A stretch of 64,000 nucleotides of DNA from Bdellovibrionales bacterium (GCA_965261545.1 CBDHDF010000010.1:640001-704000); one strand, 5' to 3'; counted from the first letter of the stretch, positions 1 to 11,007 are shown. Numbers and translations: made by a program. Notes: generated by a model not told the origin, from the letters alone.

Positions 1-101
1 AGATCCTGTCGAGCATCCCGGACTCGATTTAGAAGTTCTGTCTTGAGTGTCAGCAACTTTTTCTTACACTTCTCCACAAGTTCTTTAGATAACTCTATCA
101 T
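1..101 (-). CDS. Partial CDS (N-terminus only, runs off the window), probable TraR/DksA family protein
   Basis: Hand-translated: ATG at 101 after GGGAGGGG SD, MIELSKELVEKCKKKLLTLKTELLNRVRDARQD; coiled-coil start resembling DksA/TraR proteins; any Zn finger lies outside the window. Confidence 0.5.
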   Translation of the reverse strand, partial: MIELSKELVEKCKKKLLTLKTELLNRVRDARQD

Positions 102-544
102 AAGATTGCCCCTCCCTAGTTTTTACGACCCACTTTTAGTCCTAACTTGATCATCTTATTAGCCAATCTAGGTTGAACTATTTACATACAATTTATGTAA
201 GAATTGCAAGTATAAATATCTAAAAGTGTAAATTTTTTCAAAAAAAACTCCTTTTTCAGGACCACAGCAGTAGACAAAAGTCCAAAATGCTTCGTAAAAT
301 TACGCAATGTGTCTTTTGGAATCTACTGACTCCTTTAAATATCTATATTAAGGGACATACAACATAATCCAAAGTAAAATTAGTCATTTGTCTCTTATTA
401 AGGCGTTTTTAGCTAAAAATATAGTATAGATTTACTGCCCTCCTCAACATATCACGCCTTGAGACCTCTCAAGTATGACTCTTCTCATAATATTATGGAT
501 CGCATTAGGCCCAATGCCTACGAACTAATGCTATATTAGGACGT

Positions 545-1513
545 ATGGAAACTCTCACAGCCATGAGCCTACTCATTTTGGGTTTTACTCTGCTTATTTT
601 GGGTGGAGAAAGTCTTGTGAAGGCCTCTATCAGCATAGCATCTAGGCTTAAGGTGAGCCCGACAGTGATTGGGGTCACTGTTGTCGCAGGGGGGACATCA
701 GCCCCCGAAATTATGACAAGCTTCATGGCATCTTTTAAGGATGTGGATGACATTGCCATAGGAAATATCATTGGATCAAATATTTTTAATATTCTTGGCA
801 TTTTAGGTCTCACTACTCTCATAAAGACCAGTTTTGTAGAGCGCAGCTTCCTCAATTTTGATTTATATGCTCTTCTGTTTTTTACCTTTTTATTTACAGT
901 TCTTATTCATGACCAAAATATTTCAGGCTTAGAGGGGGCGACCTTTCTCTTTCTTTTAATGTTATTTCTAGGGTGGACAGTTCATAGATCTCGTCAAGGC
1001 CCTCCCCAGGAGGTTAGCAAAAGTGAAGAGGGGGGAAAAAATGAAAATGACATGAAAGTACTCAAAAAACCTATCTATGATATTTCTTATATGCTTTTTG
1101 GCCTAGGGGCTTTGATAGCTGGGGCCCAATGGGCTCTCTCTGGAGGAGTGAGCCTAGGCGAGGCTATGGGGCTTTCAGAAAGAGTTATTGGTCTCACAAT
1201 TATATCTGTGGGAACAGGCCTTCCTGAGCTAGCCACCTCTCTTGCTGCAACTCTAAGAGGGTGGACGGGTTTGGCTGTGGCCAATGTGGTTGGCTCCAAT
1301 ATTATGAATACGCTGGCTGTGCCTGCCGTAGCCTCCCTATCGGGTTCTATTCATGTGGGAGAAAGTCTTTCTTGGCGAGATAGTTACATCCTTATTGCAG
1401 TGACCTTGTTGCTATTTGCGGCGTTGCAGCTTTCTGGGGGTAAACTTCACCGTTTATGGGGAAGTCTTTTCGTGATGAGCTACGCAGGGTATATTTACTA
1501 CTTATACTTATAA
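545..1513 (+). CDS. Calcium/sodium antiporter (CaCA, YrbG family)
   Basis: Two alpha repeats GTSAPE...GNIIGSNIFN and GTGLPE...ANVVGSNIMN; many TM helices. Confidence 0.93.
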   Translation: METLTAMSLLILGFTLLILGGESLVKASISIASRLKVSPTVIGVTVVAGGTSAPEIMTSFMASFKDVDDIAIGNIIGSNIFNILGILGLTTLIKTSFVERSFLNFDLYALLFFTFLFTVLIHDQNISGLEGATFLFLLMLFLGWTVHRSRQGPPQEVSKSEEGGKNENDMKVLKKPIYDISYMLFGLGALIAGAQWALSGGVSLGEAMGLSERVIGLTIISVGTGLPELATSLAATLRGWTGLAVANVVGSNIMNTLAVPAVASLSGSIHVGESLSWRDSYILIAVTLLLFAALQLSGGKLHRLWGSLFVMSYAGYIYYLYL

Positions 1514-1601
1514 TGATTATAGGAGTCATCTCTTAGACTGTAGTTTTATCAATGGAGCGGCGATACTTGCTCCTTTAATGAGTCTGTGGAGTAAATGAAG
1601 T

Positions 1602-2021
1602 ATGATATTTCGTCAATTGTCTCAATTCTTCAGTGGTTTGGCTTATATTTTGTATCGCCCCCTCTGGGTTCTATCTTTTTGCTTGATTGTGATTGTCATC
1701 AACCTTTTTTGGAGTCATGGTGGACTTTTTCAACTTTGGAGCCTTTATCGAAATGGTGATGAAATGTCTCAGCGTATTGCCAACTTGAAAGAAGAAGTAG
1801 GCAATCTTTCCATGAAAATCAAAAGAATTTCTGACCCCGATTTTTTAGAACTAGAAGCCAACAACTACTTTGATGTTGTTGAAAAGGGAGATATTATTTT
1901 TGTTTTTTCTCACGATGGAAAAGAGCGAAATAGTGAGGAGAAGAACCTTGGAGATATTAAGAGTGGAGATATTAAGAGTGAAAATATCGAGAGAAGAGAT
2001 CTTGAGAGTCGGGGGCTATGA
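1602..2021 (+). CDS. Septum formation initiator (FtsB/DivIC family)
   Basis: Single TM helix, GL..L motif, coiled coil, DPDFLELEA...GDIIFVF end; tandem-repeat tail. Confidence 0.75.
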   Translation: MIFRQLSQFFSGLAYILYRPLWVLSFCLIVIVINLFWSHGGLFQLWSLYRNGDEMSQRIANLKEEVGNLSMKIKRISDPDFLELEANNYFDVVEKGDIIFVFSHDGKERNSEEKNLGDIKSGDIKSENIERRDLESRGL

Positions 2022-4645
2022 AAAAACTTTACTTAGTTGATACCTATGCTTTTTTCTTTCGAGCTTATTATGCCATTCCCTCGATGACCACAAAAAAAGG
2101 ACTCCCCACCCAAGCTCTTTATGGTCTCACCTCCATGATAGTGAAGCTTTTAAGAGAAGTAAAACCTGACTATATGGTTTGCTGTTTTGATCGCAAAGAT
2201 GGTTCTTTTCGCAATGAGTTCTACCCTGAATACAAGGCCCACCGAGATGACATGCCTGAAGATTTGATTCCACAGGTTCCCTATATTCGCCAGGTTCTCG
2301 AAGCTCTCGGTATAACTTGTATGGATCAAAAGGGCTTTGAAGCTGATGATGTTATTGGAAGCTTAACCCACTGGGGAAGAGAGCATCAACTGGAAGTGAT
2401 TATTGTAAGTAGTGATAAGGATTTTGCCCAACTTATTGGACCCCATGTCACCATGTTAGATGTTATGAAAGACAAGCATTACGATGAAGCTAAGGTTCTT
2501 GAAAAGTGGGGGGTAGTTTCACAACAGATGATTGATTACTTGGCGATTGTGGGAGATAGCAGCGATAACATACCTGGGGTCAAGGGTATTGGCCCTAAGG
2601 GCGCCCAGAAACTACTGGCCGAATTTAAAACCTTGAATGGAATTTATGACCACTTGGAAGAAGTCAAAGCCCCTGGTCTATTAAAAAAATTAAAAGAACA
2701 CCGAGAAAGTGCGTATCTTTCTCAAAAACTTGTGACCATTGTCATAGATATTCCCATAGAATATGAACCTGATGACCTGAAACTAAAAAAAATTCATCGA
2801 GATGAATTGAAAAAATTGTTTGAAGAACTGGAATTTCAGAGCTTTGAAAGAAAATTATTGTCACCTTTGCCGAAGGACTCTCTGGGTGAAACGAACCCTC
2901 CAGGCGGAGCGAATGTTCTAGATGAGGTGAACTCTCCAGATGGAGCGAACCCGACTTATAACAAAAGGGTAGACGGTGAACGAAGGAAACGAGGACGGCA
3001 GGGGGCCTGGAGGGAAGTGACTTGGAGTCTCTCTGAATTGAAGAAAAATATTCAACCCTATTCAGAGCTTTGGGTTATCTTCAACGAAAGAGGCCTCATC
3101 CTAGGCTACAAAGGAGAGGCCGTCACCGTGATAGATGCTGAGGTTTGCCAAGTGGGTCTGGCTTTGGGGTCGAAATACCTGCAATGGAAGGGTTATGGAC
3201 TCAAAGAAATTTGGAAAAAGATCAAACTCCCCCATGGGCAAATCCCATCCACAGATATTATGCTCATGGCTTATATTTTAAAGCCTGGCAATATAGAGAG
3301 TTTTGAAAGTATTTATGAAATGTATACAGGGCAAAAGGTCCCCGACCTTCCTACAGCCAGCCATCTTTTAAAAATGCAGGTGGAACTGGAACATATTCTT
3401 GAGAAGCAACTCGTGCAAAGTGCTCAGAATGGCCATGTACTCAAAATACTCAAAGACATGGAGTACCCCTTGGTACCTGTTCTCTTTGACATGGAACAAA
3501 GGGGAATCGCCTTAGACGCCTCCATTCTTCAAAAAGAGAGCCAAGCCTTAGAAAAAGATATGAATGTCCTTGAAAAAAGCATTCAACAAACAGCGGAGGA
3601 ACCCTTTAATGTGGCTAGCCCCAAGCAACTGGCTCATATTTTATTTGAAAAAATGGGGTTGCCGAGCAGTAAGAAAACAAAAATAGGCTACTCAACAGCC
3701 AGTGATGTTTTGGAGAAGCTTGCAAGCCTTCACCCTATTTGCAGGGAGGTCTTGGAGTACAGAGAACTTTCAAAGCTTAAATCCACCTATGTGGATGCCC
3801 TGCCTCAGCTGATTTGTCATGACACAGGTCGAATCCATACTTGCTTTAGGCAAGCGGCGACGACCACAGGACGACTTTCAAGTATTCACCCCAACTTGCA
3901 AAATATTCCCATAAGAACAAAGAGGGGGCGTTTGGTGAGACAGGCTTTTATGACCCTACCAGGCCACCAGTTGATATCTGCTGATTACAGTCAAATTGAG
4001 TTGCGAATTCTCGCTCATATCACTGAAGACCCTGGACTCTGTGAAGCCTTTCGCCGTGACTTAGATATTCATGCTGCCACTGCCGCTGAGGTTTTTCACC
4101 TCAAGGTGGAAGACATCACAGCAGACCATCGCAGAATTGCCAAGGCTGTTAACTTTGGAATTGCCTATGGCCAAGGAGCTTTCAGTCTCGGAAAATCTCT
4201 AGGGTTGAGTCGAAGCGAATCCCAAGAAATCATCGACAATTATTTTCGTAAATTCAAAGGGGTAAAAAGATATATGGAACAAGCTGTTGAAATGGGTCGA
4301 AAGGATGGCTACGTCAGCTCTCTCTTTGGTCGACGTCGCTACTTAAATGGACTCCAAGCTCGCCATGGAGCTGTGAGGAGGGCCGAGGAGCGTGCCGCCA
4401 TCAATGCTCCCATCCAAGGAACAGCCAGCGATATTGTCAAAAAAGCGATGATTGCGATTCACAATGAGTCTACAGCCTCCATGCTTATTCAGGTTCACGA
4501 TGAACTTTTATTTGAATGCCCCGATGAAGATGTTCAGGAGCAAAGAGAAACTGTTAAGAGAATCATGGAATCTGTGGTGGAGTTAAAAGTTCCTCTCAAA
4601 GTCAATACAGCTGTTGGTCCCAACTGGGTGGAGGCCCATGCTTAA
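2018..4645 (+). CDS. polA: DNA polymerase I (5'-3' exonuclease plus polymerase; 3'-5' exo region degenerate)
   Basis: FEADDVIG, GDSSDNIPGVKGIGPK, TGRLSS..PNLQNIP, DYSQIELR, AKAVNFGIAYG, QVHDEL. Confidence 0.98.
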   Translation: MKKLYLVDTYAFFFRAYYAIPSMTTKKGLPTQALYGLTSMIVKLLREVKPDYMVCCFDRKDGSFRNEFYPEYKAHRDDMPEDLIPQVPYIRQVLEALGITCMDQKGFEADDVIGSLTHWGREHQLEVIIVSSDKDFAQLIGPHVTMLDVMKDKHYDEAKVLEKWGVVSQQMIDYLAIVGDSSDNIPGVKGIGPKGAQKLLAEFKTLNGIYDHLEEVKAPGLLKKLKEHRESAYLSQKLVTIVIDIPIEYEPDDLKLKKIHRDELKKLFEELEFQSFERKLLSPLPKDSLGETNPPGGANVLDEVNSPDGANPTYNKRVDGERRKRGRQGAWREVTWSLSELKKNIQPYSELWVIFNERGLILGYKGEAVTVIDAEVCQVGLALGSKYLQWKGYGLKEIWKKIKLPHGQIPSTDIMLMAYILKPGNIESFESIYEMYTGQKVPDLPTASHLLKMQVELEHILEKQLVQSAQNGHVLKILKDMEYPLVPVLFDMEQRGIALDASILQKESQALEKDMNVLEKSIQQTAEEPFNVASPKQLAHILFEKMGLPSSKKTKIGYSTASDVLEKLASLHPICREVLEYRELSKLKSTYVDALPQLICHDTGRIHTCFRQAATTTGRLSSIHPNLQNIPIRTKRGRLVRQAFMTLPGHQLISADYSQIELRILAHITEDPGLCEAFRRDLDIHAATAAEVFHLKVEDITADHRRIAKAVNFGIAYGQGAFSLGKSLGLSRSESQEIIDNYFRKFKGVKRYMEQAVEMGRKDGYVSSLFGRRRYLNGLQARHGAVRRAEERAAINAPIQGTASDIVKKAMIAIHNESTASMLIQVHDELLFECPDEDVQEQRETVKRIMESVVELKVPLKVNTAVGPNWVEAHA

Positions 4646-4951
4646 TGGGGTGAGGAGAGCTCATAGAGAGCAATAAGCAATAACCACGGGCCAGAAGCAC
4701 GCGAAGAACGAAGAAGAGAGCTCAGCAGAGAACACACGGAGAGACCAAAAAAGTGTGTGGAATTTTATTGCTACGTGTTATATTTATCTCAAGTTGGTAC
4801 TTGTGAAAAAGGCATACTATACAAGAGAACCCCTATAGCTATATAAACCCCTATAGTTATAAGGGAGTTTCTCTAAAATAGAGGAAAAAGTGCCTGCTCA
4901 TATTATCAACAAGGCCCCCTGGCCTCTTCGGCCCCCACAAGGAGTGAAGAA

Positions 4952-6673
4952 ATGTCCAACCCGATTGTGTCCATTAAAGATCTCGCCATTGAATTCATCA
5001 CCGACGAAGGAGTTATCCCTGCTGTCAAAAAAGTGTCCTTCGATATTCCCAAGGGAAAAACTCTGGGACTTGTTGGTGAATCGGGCTCAGGTAAGAGCGT
5101 GTCCTCCATGGCCATTATGCAGTTGATTCCTATGCCTCCGGGAAAGATCAACGGGGGTGAAATCATATACAAAGATCAAAATCTCCTTAGCTTGCCTGAT
5201 TCCAAAATGCGAAGGCTCCGTGGAAATAAAATCTCCATGATCTTTCAAGAACCCATGACAAGCCTAAACCCTGTGTTCACGGTGGGGGAACAAATCACTG
5301 AAACCTTGCGACTTCACCAAGGCATGAATAAAAAAGAAGCCTTTGAAAAGTCCATTGAGCTTTTACATCAAGTGGGTATTCCCAACCCCAAGCAAAGAAT
5401 TTGTTCTTATCCCCACGAAATGAGTGGGGGACAAAGACAGCGTGTGATGATTGCCATTGCCATTTCTTGTCAACCAGAGCTTCTCATTGCCGATGAACCA
5501 ACGACAGCTTTGGACGTCACCATACAAAAGCAAATACTCGAACTCTTGGCGCAACTTCAAGATGAATTTCATATGAGTATTATGTTCATCACCCATGATC
5601 TCGGTGTGATTGCCGATATTGCCGATGAAGTGGTGGTGATGTACAAGGGAAATGTGGTGGAGAAGGGCTTGACAAAGGATATTTTCACTTCTCCTTGCCA
5701 CCCCTACACCAAAGGACTTTTGGCCTGTCGTCCCTCCCTTGAAAAGAAACTCAAAAGGCTGCCAACAATTAGCAATTTTATGACAAAAGAGGGAGAAGAA
5801 ATTGCCTGGGATGTGGGCAATATGGAATTGGCCCAAGATATGCGACCTATTACCGATGACAATCCCGTGATCTTGGAAGTGAAAGATCTCAAAAAACACT
5901 TTCCATTGAAAAAGAGTCTTTTTGGCAAAGTGCTTTCATGGGTTCGTGCTGTGGATGGCGTAAGTTTTCAGGTGAGAGAAAAGCGCACCCTAGGACTTGT
6001 GGGAGAATCGGGCTGTGGAAAGACCACCATTGGACGTACGATTCTTCGGCTTATTGAATCCACAGATGGAAGCATTATTTACCGTGGGCAAAATATCACT
6101 CAACTCAAAGGGGAAGAACTTCGACAATTGCGTCGAAAGATTCAAATTATCTTTCAAGACCCCTATGCCTCCCTCAATCCACGAATGACCATTGGAAGTG
6201 CCATTCAAGAACCCATGACGGTGCACCAAATAGGGGATAACAAAAAGCAGCGCCAAGAAATGGCCGGTGATTTAATGAAAAAAGTGGACCTCGATCCCTC
6301 TATGATGGGACGATACCCCCATGAATTTTCTGGAGGACAACGCCAGAGAATTTGCATTGCCAGAGCCCTTGCTGTGAGACCTGAGTTTATTGTTTGCGAT
6401 GAGTCGGTATCAGCCCTTGACGTTTCTGTTCAAGCTCAGATTTTAAATCTACTCTTGGATTTACAAGATGAACTTAATCTTACTTATATTTTTATTTCCC
6501 ATGATCTCGCCGTCGTGAAGTTCATTGCCGATGAATTGGCTGTGATGGACCAAGGCAAGATGGTAGAAATGGCCAGCGCCATGGAGATTTACCAAAATCC
6601 CAAAAAGGAGTACACCCAAAATCTATTGAGTGCTATTCCTAGGGGCATTCCCAAGGGATTAAAGAATCTATAA
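4952..6673 (+). CDS. Dipeptide/oligopeptide ABC transporter ATP-binding protein, fused double ATPase
   Basis: Two Walker A ([16 protein letters not shown]), two SGGQRQR signatures, HPYTKGLL. Confidence 0.95.
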   Translation: MSNPIVSIKDLAIEFITDEGVIPAVKKVSFDIPKGKTLGLVGESGSGKSVSSMAIMQLIPMPPGKINGGEIIYKDQNLLSLPDSKMRRLRGNKISMIFQEPMTSLNPVFTVGEQITETLRLHQGMNKKEAFEKSIELLHQVGIPNPKQRICSYPHEMSGGQRQRVMIAIAISCQPELLIADEPTTALDVTIQKQILELLAQLQDEFHMSIMFITHDLGVIADIADEVVVMYKGNVVEKGLTKDIFTSPCHPYTKGLLACRPSLEKKLKRLPTISNFMTKEGEEIAWDVGNMELAQDMRPITDDNPVILEVKDLKKHFPLKKSLFGKVLSWVRAVDGVSFQVREKRTLGLVGESGCGKTTIGRTILRLIESTDGSIIYRGQNITQLKGEELRQLRRKIQIIFQDPYASLNPRMTIGSAIQEPMTVHQIGDNKKQRQEMAGDLMKKVDLDPSMMGRYPHEFSGGQRQRICIARALAVRPEFIVCDESVSALDVSVQAQILNLLLDLQDELNLTYIFISHDLAVVKFIADELAVMDQGKMVEMASAMEIYQNPKKEYTQNLLSAIPRGIPKGLKNL

Positions 6674-6705
6674 CTAATATTTTTTGAAAACAATTCTCAA
6701 TTCTT

Positions 6706-7935
6706 TTGGCTGCTCAACCTAATGGAGTGCCCATGCCACAGCCTATGAATCGTCCATCACCCACCAAGCCCAAAAACTTTTCCAACCTCAACACTCTCAT
6801 GCTTTTGGGGTCTGGTGAGCTAGGCAAAGAGTTGGTGATTGCATCGAAAAGGCTGGGTAAAAGGGTCATTGCCGTGGATAAATACCATGGAGCTCCTGCC
6901 ATGCAGGTGGCCGATCATTTTGAAGTCATTGATATGCTTGATGGACAGCAGCTTGAAAGTGTTGTCAGAAAACATAAGCCAAACCTTATCATCCCTGAAA
7001 TAGAGTCCATTCGCACAGATAAATTGGAGTTTTTTGAAGAAATGGGCATCACTGTTGTTCCCACAGCTGAAGCCGCTTATTTCACCATGAATCGAGAGAC
7101 CATTCGCCATGTGGCGTCCCACGAATTAAATATTAAAACAGCTCTTTTTACATATGCTTCCAATATCAAGGAGCTCAAAAGAGTGATCGCAGAAATTGGT
7201 TTTCCATGTGTTGTTAAACCCCTCATGTCTTCTTCGGGAAAGGGGCAGTCCATTCTTTTGTCGGAAAAAGATGTGCAACCTTCTTGGAGTTTTGCCTGTG
7301 AAAATATGAGAGGGGATATTCCCAAGGTTATTGTTGAAGAATTTATTCCCTTTGATCTAGAGATCACATTGTTAACAGTGAAGCAGCACTATGGAAAAAC
7401 TATTTTTCTCCCCCCCATAGGGCACCGTCAAGAGCGAGGAGATTACCAAGAATCTTGGATGCCAGCAAAGATATCCCTGGTCCATCTGAGAAAAGCTCAA
7501 AGAGTTGCAAAAAAAATAACAGATCGCCTTGGAGGAGCTGGTATTTTTGGAGTAGAATTTTTTATCACTAAGAATGAAGTTTATTTTTCTGAACTATCAC
7601 CTCGCCCCCATGACACAGGGATGGTAACACTTATCTCCCAAGACCTGTCTCAGTTTGATTTGCATGTAAGAGCTATTCTTGGGCTTCCCATTCCTCAAAT
7701 AAATAATTTGGGTCCGGCGGCTTCGGCTGTTATTCTCGCATCCAAAGATAAAAGCACAGCTCCCCAATATATGGGTTTAGAAAAGGCTTTATTGATAAAG
7801 AATACAGATATTCGGATTTTTGGGAAACCAGTGGCACGACAGTTCCGTCGTATGGGTGTGGCCCTTGCGACGGGGGGTTTCAACAAATCAAGCACGCAAA
7901 CGCGCCAAGGAAGCGGCCTCTCTTGTGAAAGTTAA
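6706..7935 (+). CDS. purT: Formate-dependent phosphoribosylglycinamide formyltransferase; true start probably slightly downstream; last ~20 codons frameshifted
   Basis: LLGSGELGKE, VVKPLMSSSGKGQS, GDYQESW, FSELSPRPHDTGMVT, RRMGVALA; canonical C-terminal helix lies in another frame ending at 7939. Confidence 0.95.
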   Translation: MAAQPNGVPMPQPMNRPSPTKPKNFSNLNTLMLLGSGELGKELVIASKRLGKRVIAVDKYHGAPAMQVADHFEVIDMLDGQQLESVVRKHKPNLIIPEIESIRTDKLEFFEEMGITVVPTAEAAYFTMNRETIRHVASHELNIKTALFTYASNIKELKRVIAEIGFPCVVKPLMSSSGKGQSILLSEKDVQPSWSFACENMRGDIPKVIVEEFIPFDLEITLLTVKQHYGKTIFLPPIGHRQERGDYQESWMPAKISLVHLRKAQRVAKKITDRLGGAGIFGVEFFITKNEVYFSELSPRPHDTGMVTLISQDLSQFDLHVRAILGLPIPQINNLGPAASAVILASKDKSTAPQYMGLEKALLIKNTDIRIFGKPVARQFRRMGVALATGGFNKSSTQTRQGSGLSCES

Positions 7936-7950
7936 GTAAAAGTGTACCTC

Positions 7951-9234
7951 TCAGTTGGAAGTATGTGAAGCTTCGAGAGTTTCGATTTGAGGTATTGTTT
8001 TCGTGGTTTTACTGGAGATTTTTTTAAAGCGCTCCACCTTGCCACGAAGACCTTGGCTCCCCTGGAGAGCATTCAAAGTGTTGTTGTAGTGAGTGCCTGC
8101 TGCTTTGAGACTTTTCCCAATTTTTTGGAGATTTTCTGCCACCCGGCAAACTGTATTGTAAATATCCCCTGCATGTTCACTGATTTTCTGAGCCTCTTTG
8201 TTGCTGTGATCCAATATCCATAAATTGCTCACTGTTTGCAGCACAGGAATCAATGTGGTGTGGGAAATTAAAACAATATGCTTTTTCCAACCGTACTCAA
8301 AAAGTGTCTTATCATATTTGAGAGCTTCGATATAGGCGGGTTCAATGGGCATAAACATTAACACAAAGTTGGGGCTGTGAAGTCCCTTGAGATTGGAGTA
8401 TTCTTTTGATGACAAATCGTCAATATGTCCTCTTACAGATATTACATGGTCTTTTATGGCCTGATTCCACTCTTGTTCGGAGCGTGCAGAGACAGATTTA
8501 TCGTAGGCAATGAGAGAGACCTTGCTGTCTATGATAACATGTTTATCATCGGGGAGTTTTAGGATGAAGTCAGTTTGTTTTTTTCGTCCGTCTTCTTCTG
8601 TAAACGAAGAATGAACCTCATAGTGTTCGCCCTTACAAAGGCCACTCATTTGTAGAGTCTGTTCGAGTTGGGCCTCCCCCCAAGCACCACGCTTTTGAGA
8701 GCTCCCTTTGAGAGCAGAGGTGAGATTGCCAGCCTCATCACTCATCTTGAGGCCAATTTCCATGACTCTTTTCACTTCAGATTCAAGGTGGGTGTGGGCT
8801 TTGACAGACTCTGTGTGAACTTCGTTGACTCTGCTTTGAAATTGGACTATTTGCTCTTGAAGAGGTTTCAGAATGGAACCCATATTTTCTTTGTTCTGTT
8901 CACTTAAGAGCTTTTGGCGTTCTCTTATGATTTCTTCTGATACGACCTTAAATTCATTTTTAAACTCGTTTTTAAACTCATTCCTGAATTCGTTTTTTTG
9001 CCTTTCAAATTGCTCTTTGAGTTCTTGAAGCTTTTCTTTTTCTGCTTCGAGTTGAACTTGCTGCTCTCTTTTCTCCGCCTCCAGTTGATAGGCTTGCTCC
9101 TTCGTGTTCTCCAGTTTTTTACGCAGAGGTTCCATCTCTTCTCTTTGGTGGCGGATAATAAGTGCCAGTATGACAACTATGATAGCAACAACAAGGGTGA
9201 GAGCGATGAGAAAGATAATAAGTGGAGTTTCCAT
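7951..9234 (-). CDS. rmuC: DNA recombination protein RmuC
   Basis: N-terminal TM, coiled coil, GAWGEAQLE, IIDSKVSL, FVLMFMPIEPA. Confidence 0.93.
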   Translation of the reverse strand: METPLIIFLIALTLVVAIIVVILALIIRHQREEMEPLRKKLENTKEQAYQLEAEKREQQVQLEAEKEKLQELKEQFERQKNEFRNEFKNEFKNEFKVVSEEIIRERQKLLSEQNKENMGSILKPLQEQIVQFQSRVNEVHTESVKAHTHLESEVKRVMEIGLKMSDEAGNLTSALKGSSQKRGAWGEAQLEQTLQMSGLCKGEHYEVHSSFTEEDGRKKQTDFILKLPDDKHVIIDSKVSLIAYDKSVSARSEQEWNQAIKDHVISVRGHIDDLSSKEYSNLKGLHSPNFVLMFMPIEPAYIEALKYDKTLFEYGWKKHIVLISHTTLIPVLQTVSNLWILDHSNKEAQKISEHAGDIYNTVCRVAENLQKIGKSLKAAGTHYNNTLNALQGSQGLRGKVERFKKISSKTTKTIPQIETLEASHTSN

Positions 9235-9423
9235 GATAAGGAAATATCAAAAAGCACAAAGGCTTTCAAGTTGACTTTGACTATTCCATGGGGCTCGTCC
9301 TTTGATCCTCCTAGGTCCTACTAGGTCCTAACTGGGAGTGTAAAGGAGAGGGGGCTATGGCGCAGTGTAGCGTGTGGTCGCTCTTGGTTTGTGAGGAATA
9401 CATACATGCTAAATGCAGACGAG

Positions 9424-10434
9424 CTACTCCACCTGCGGGAAGCCCAGTTTAAATGTTTGCTGGCTGACAGTAGATTGAATAGAGGGGGGAGGGGTGGGGA
9501 AGGGGTTTGAGTTCTGAATGGCCTGAGTGATGGACTCATCAAATACGGGGTTCCCCGAACTTTTAGTTAATTTCCAATGGATGATGCGCCCCTGTTCATC
9601 AATCTGGACCGTGGCTTCGGCTTTGTATTCATTTTCTTCAACAATCCACTTTGGCACACTCCATCTTTCGTAAATGTGATTCTTAAATTCTTGATAGTAT
9701 TCGTGAACTTTGATTTGATTTAAGCCCTCTAAGTCGTTGAGGGTCTTACTTTTGTTTATAATGTTTCCTTTGAATTCTTCGGTGTTCGAAGATTCGTCTT
9801 GGAGCTTTTCGAGGACATTTTCTCTCTGAAGCTTTTCAAGGGCTTGCTCTTGAGCTTTTTGATTGAAAATATTTTCTTTAACGGTTTCTGTAGGAGAAGA
9901 TTTTTTTGAAGAAGATATCTTTTTTGTCTCTGAATTTACTTTGGGAGGACTTTTCTTTGGAGATTTTTTATTAGAATGAGGCTTCTTAGTGGTTTTCTTT
10001 GCTATGAGTGGTTTTGGTGCCGGTGGGATGGACTCTTTCTTTGTTTTCTTTGTTTTCTTTGTTTTCTTTGCTTTCTTTGCTTTTGGTCGTTTGACTTTTG
10101 GTGGTTTGACTTTTGGTAGTTTTTTAGATTTTTGTAGCTTCTTTTTTTGAATCTTTTTTTTCTTGTGGACATTTTTTTCAGGAAGACCCACAACAGTTAC
10201 GGGAATAGAGCTGGTGATGATAATATCATCTGTGCTCGGAAAAATAGTCACGTTGATAATAAAAAGAAGAATAATAGCCACGTGAAGAGCCAGAGATACA
10301 AAAAAGAAAAGGCGAAAAGAGTCTTTGGATTTCATAGAGTCTTTGGATTTCATAGAGTCTTTAGATTTCATAGCGTCTTTGTGTTTCATAGCATCTTCAG
10401 ATTTCATAGCCTCTTTGTGTTTCATGGATTCCAT
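9424..10434 (-). CDS. tolA: TolA/TonB-family energy transducer
   Basis: TM with SLALH motif, Lys/Pro-rich linker, TonB_C-like end (SSGNPVFDESITQAI...PFPTPP); follows tolQR. Confidence 0.8.
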   Translation of the reverse strand: MESMKHKEAMKSEDAMKHKDAMKSKDSMKSKDSMKSKDSFRLFFFVSLALHVAIILLFIINVTIFPSTDDIIITSSIPVTVVGLPEKNVHKKKKIQKKKLQKSKKLPKVKPPKVKRPKAKKAKKTKKTKKTKKESIPPAPKPLIAKKTTKKPHSNKKSPKKSPPKVNSETKKISSSKKSSPTETVKENIFNQKAQEQALEKLQRENVLEKLQDESSNTEEFKGNIINKSKTLNDLEGLNQIKVHEYYQEFKNHIYERWSVPKWIVEENEYKAEATVQIDEQGRIIHWKLTKSSGNPVFDESITQAIQNSNPFPTPPPSIQSTVSQQTFKLGFPQVE

Positions 10435-10447
10435 GGACAGGTTAACT

Positions 10448-10883
10448 TTACCTATGTTGGGGGAGGGTCACCAAGCCAATATTGTAGGTCCCTGAAGATT
10501 GAATGGCGGCCATGGCCTGGGCCACCCTACCGTAGTCCACATTCTTATCGGCTTTGATGTAAACACTCTTATCTTTTCGTTTCTCCATAATAGCAGCTAG
10601 CTTTGACTGAATACTTACAATGGGTATGGGGGTTGTCGCCTTTCCAAAATAAACTTTACGATTTTTCTTAATATAAATGATAAATGGTTCTTCATGAATT
10701 TGAATCCCTGTGCTCTTTGTTTCAGGCAAAGTCGACGTTGATGCCTTGTTGAATCATGGGAGCTGTCACCATAAATATAATGAGCAAAACAAGCATGACA
10801 TCGACAAGAGGTGTCGTGTTGATTTCGCTTAAGACTGTTTTTCTAGAAGACCTGTTATGGCTGTTTTGTGAAGACATTCCCAT
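10448..10883 (-). CDS. tolR: TolR/ExbD protein, split by a single-base frameshift at 10728-10730 (pseudogene or assembly error)
   Basis: Hand-translated from ATG 10883: MGMSSQ...[38 protein letters not shown] 10448-10729 continues (L)PETKS...[14 protein letters not shown]...IGLVT. Confidence 0.9.
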
Positions 10884-11007
10884 AGAGCTTTGCTCCCTAG
10901 ATATTGTTGTTTTGTGTCAATTTTCTGCTTTATTTTTTTGCTTTGTATCAATTTTATTTTTTACATCCGTTTTTAGAGCCTTCTTTAGGACTTAGATTTT
11001 TTAAGGA

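Noticed and set aside
3000..3450. Degenerate PolA 3'-5' exonuclease as the cause of the repeat signature
   Set aside because: Inactive proofreading domains are common in bacterial PolA and do not by themselves explain it
9351..9384. tRNA-like 5' sequence ggggctatggcgcagtgtagcg
   Set aside because: Resembles an acceptor/D-arm start, but no anticodon arm, GTTC T-loop or complementary 3' acceptor strand follows; at most a relic
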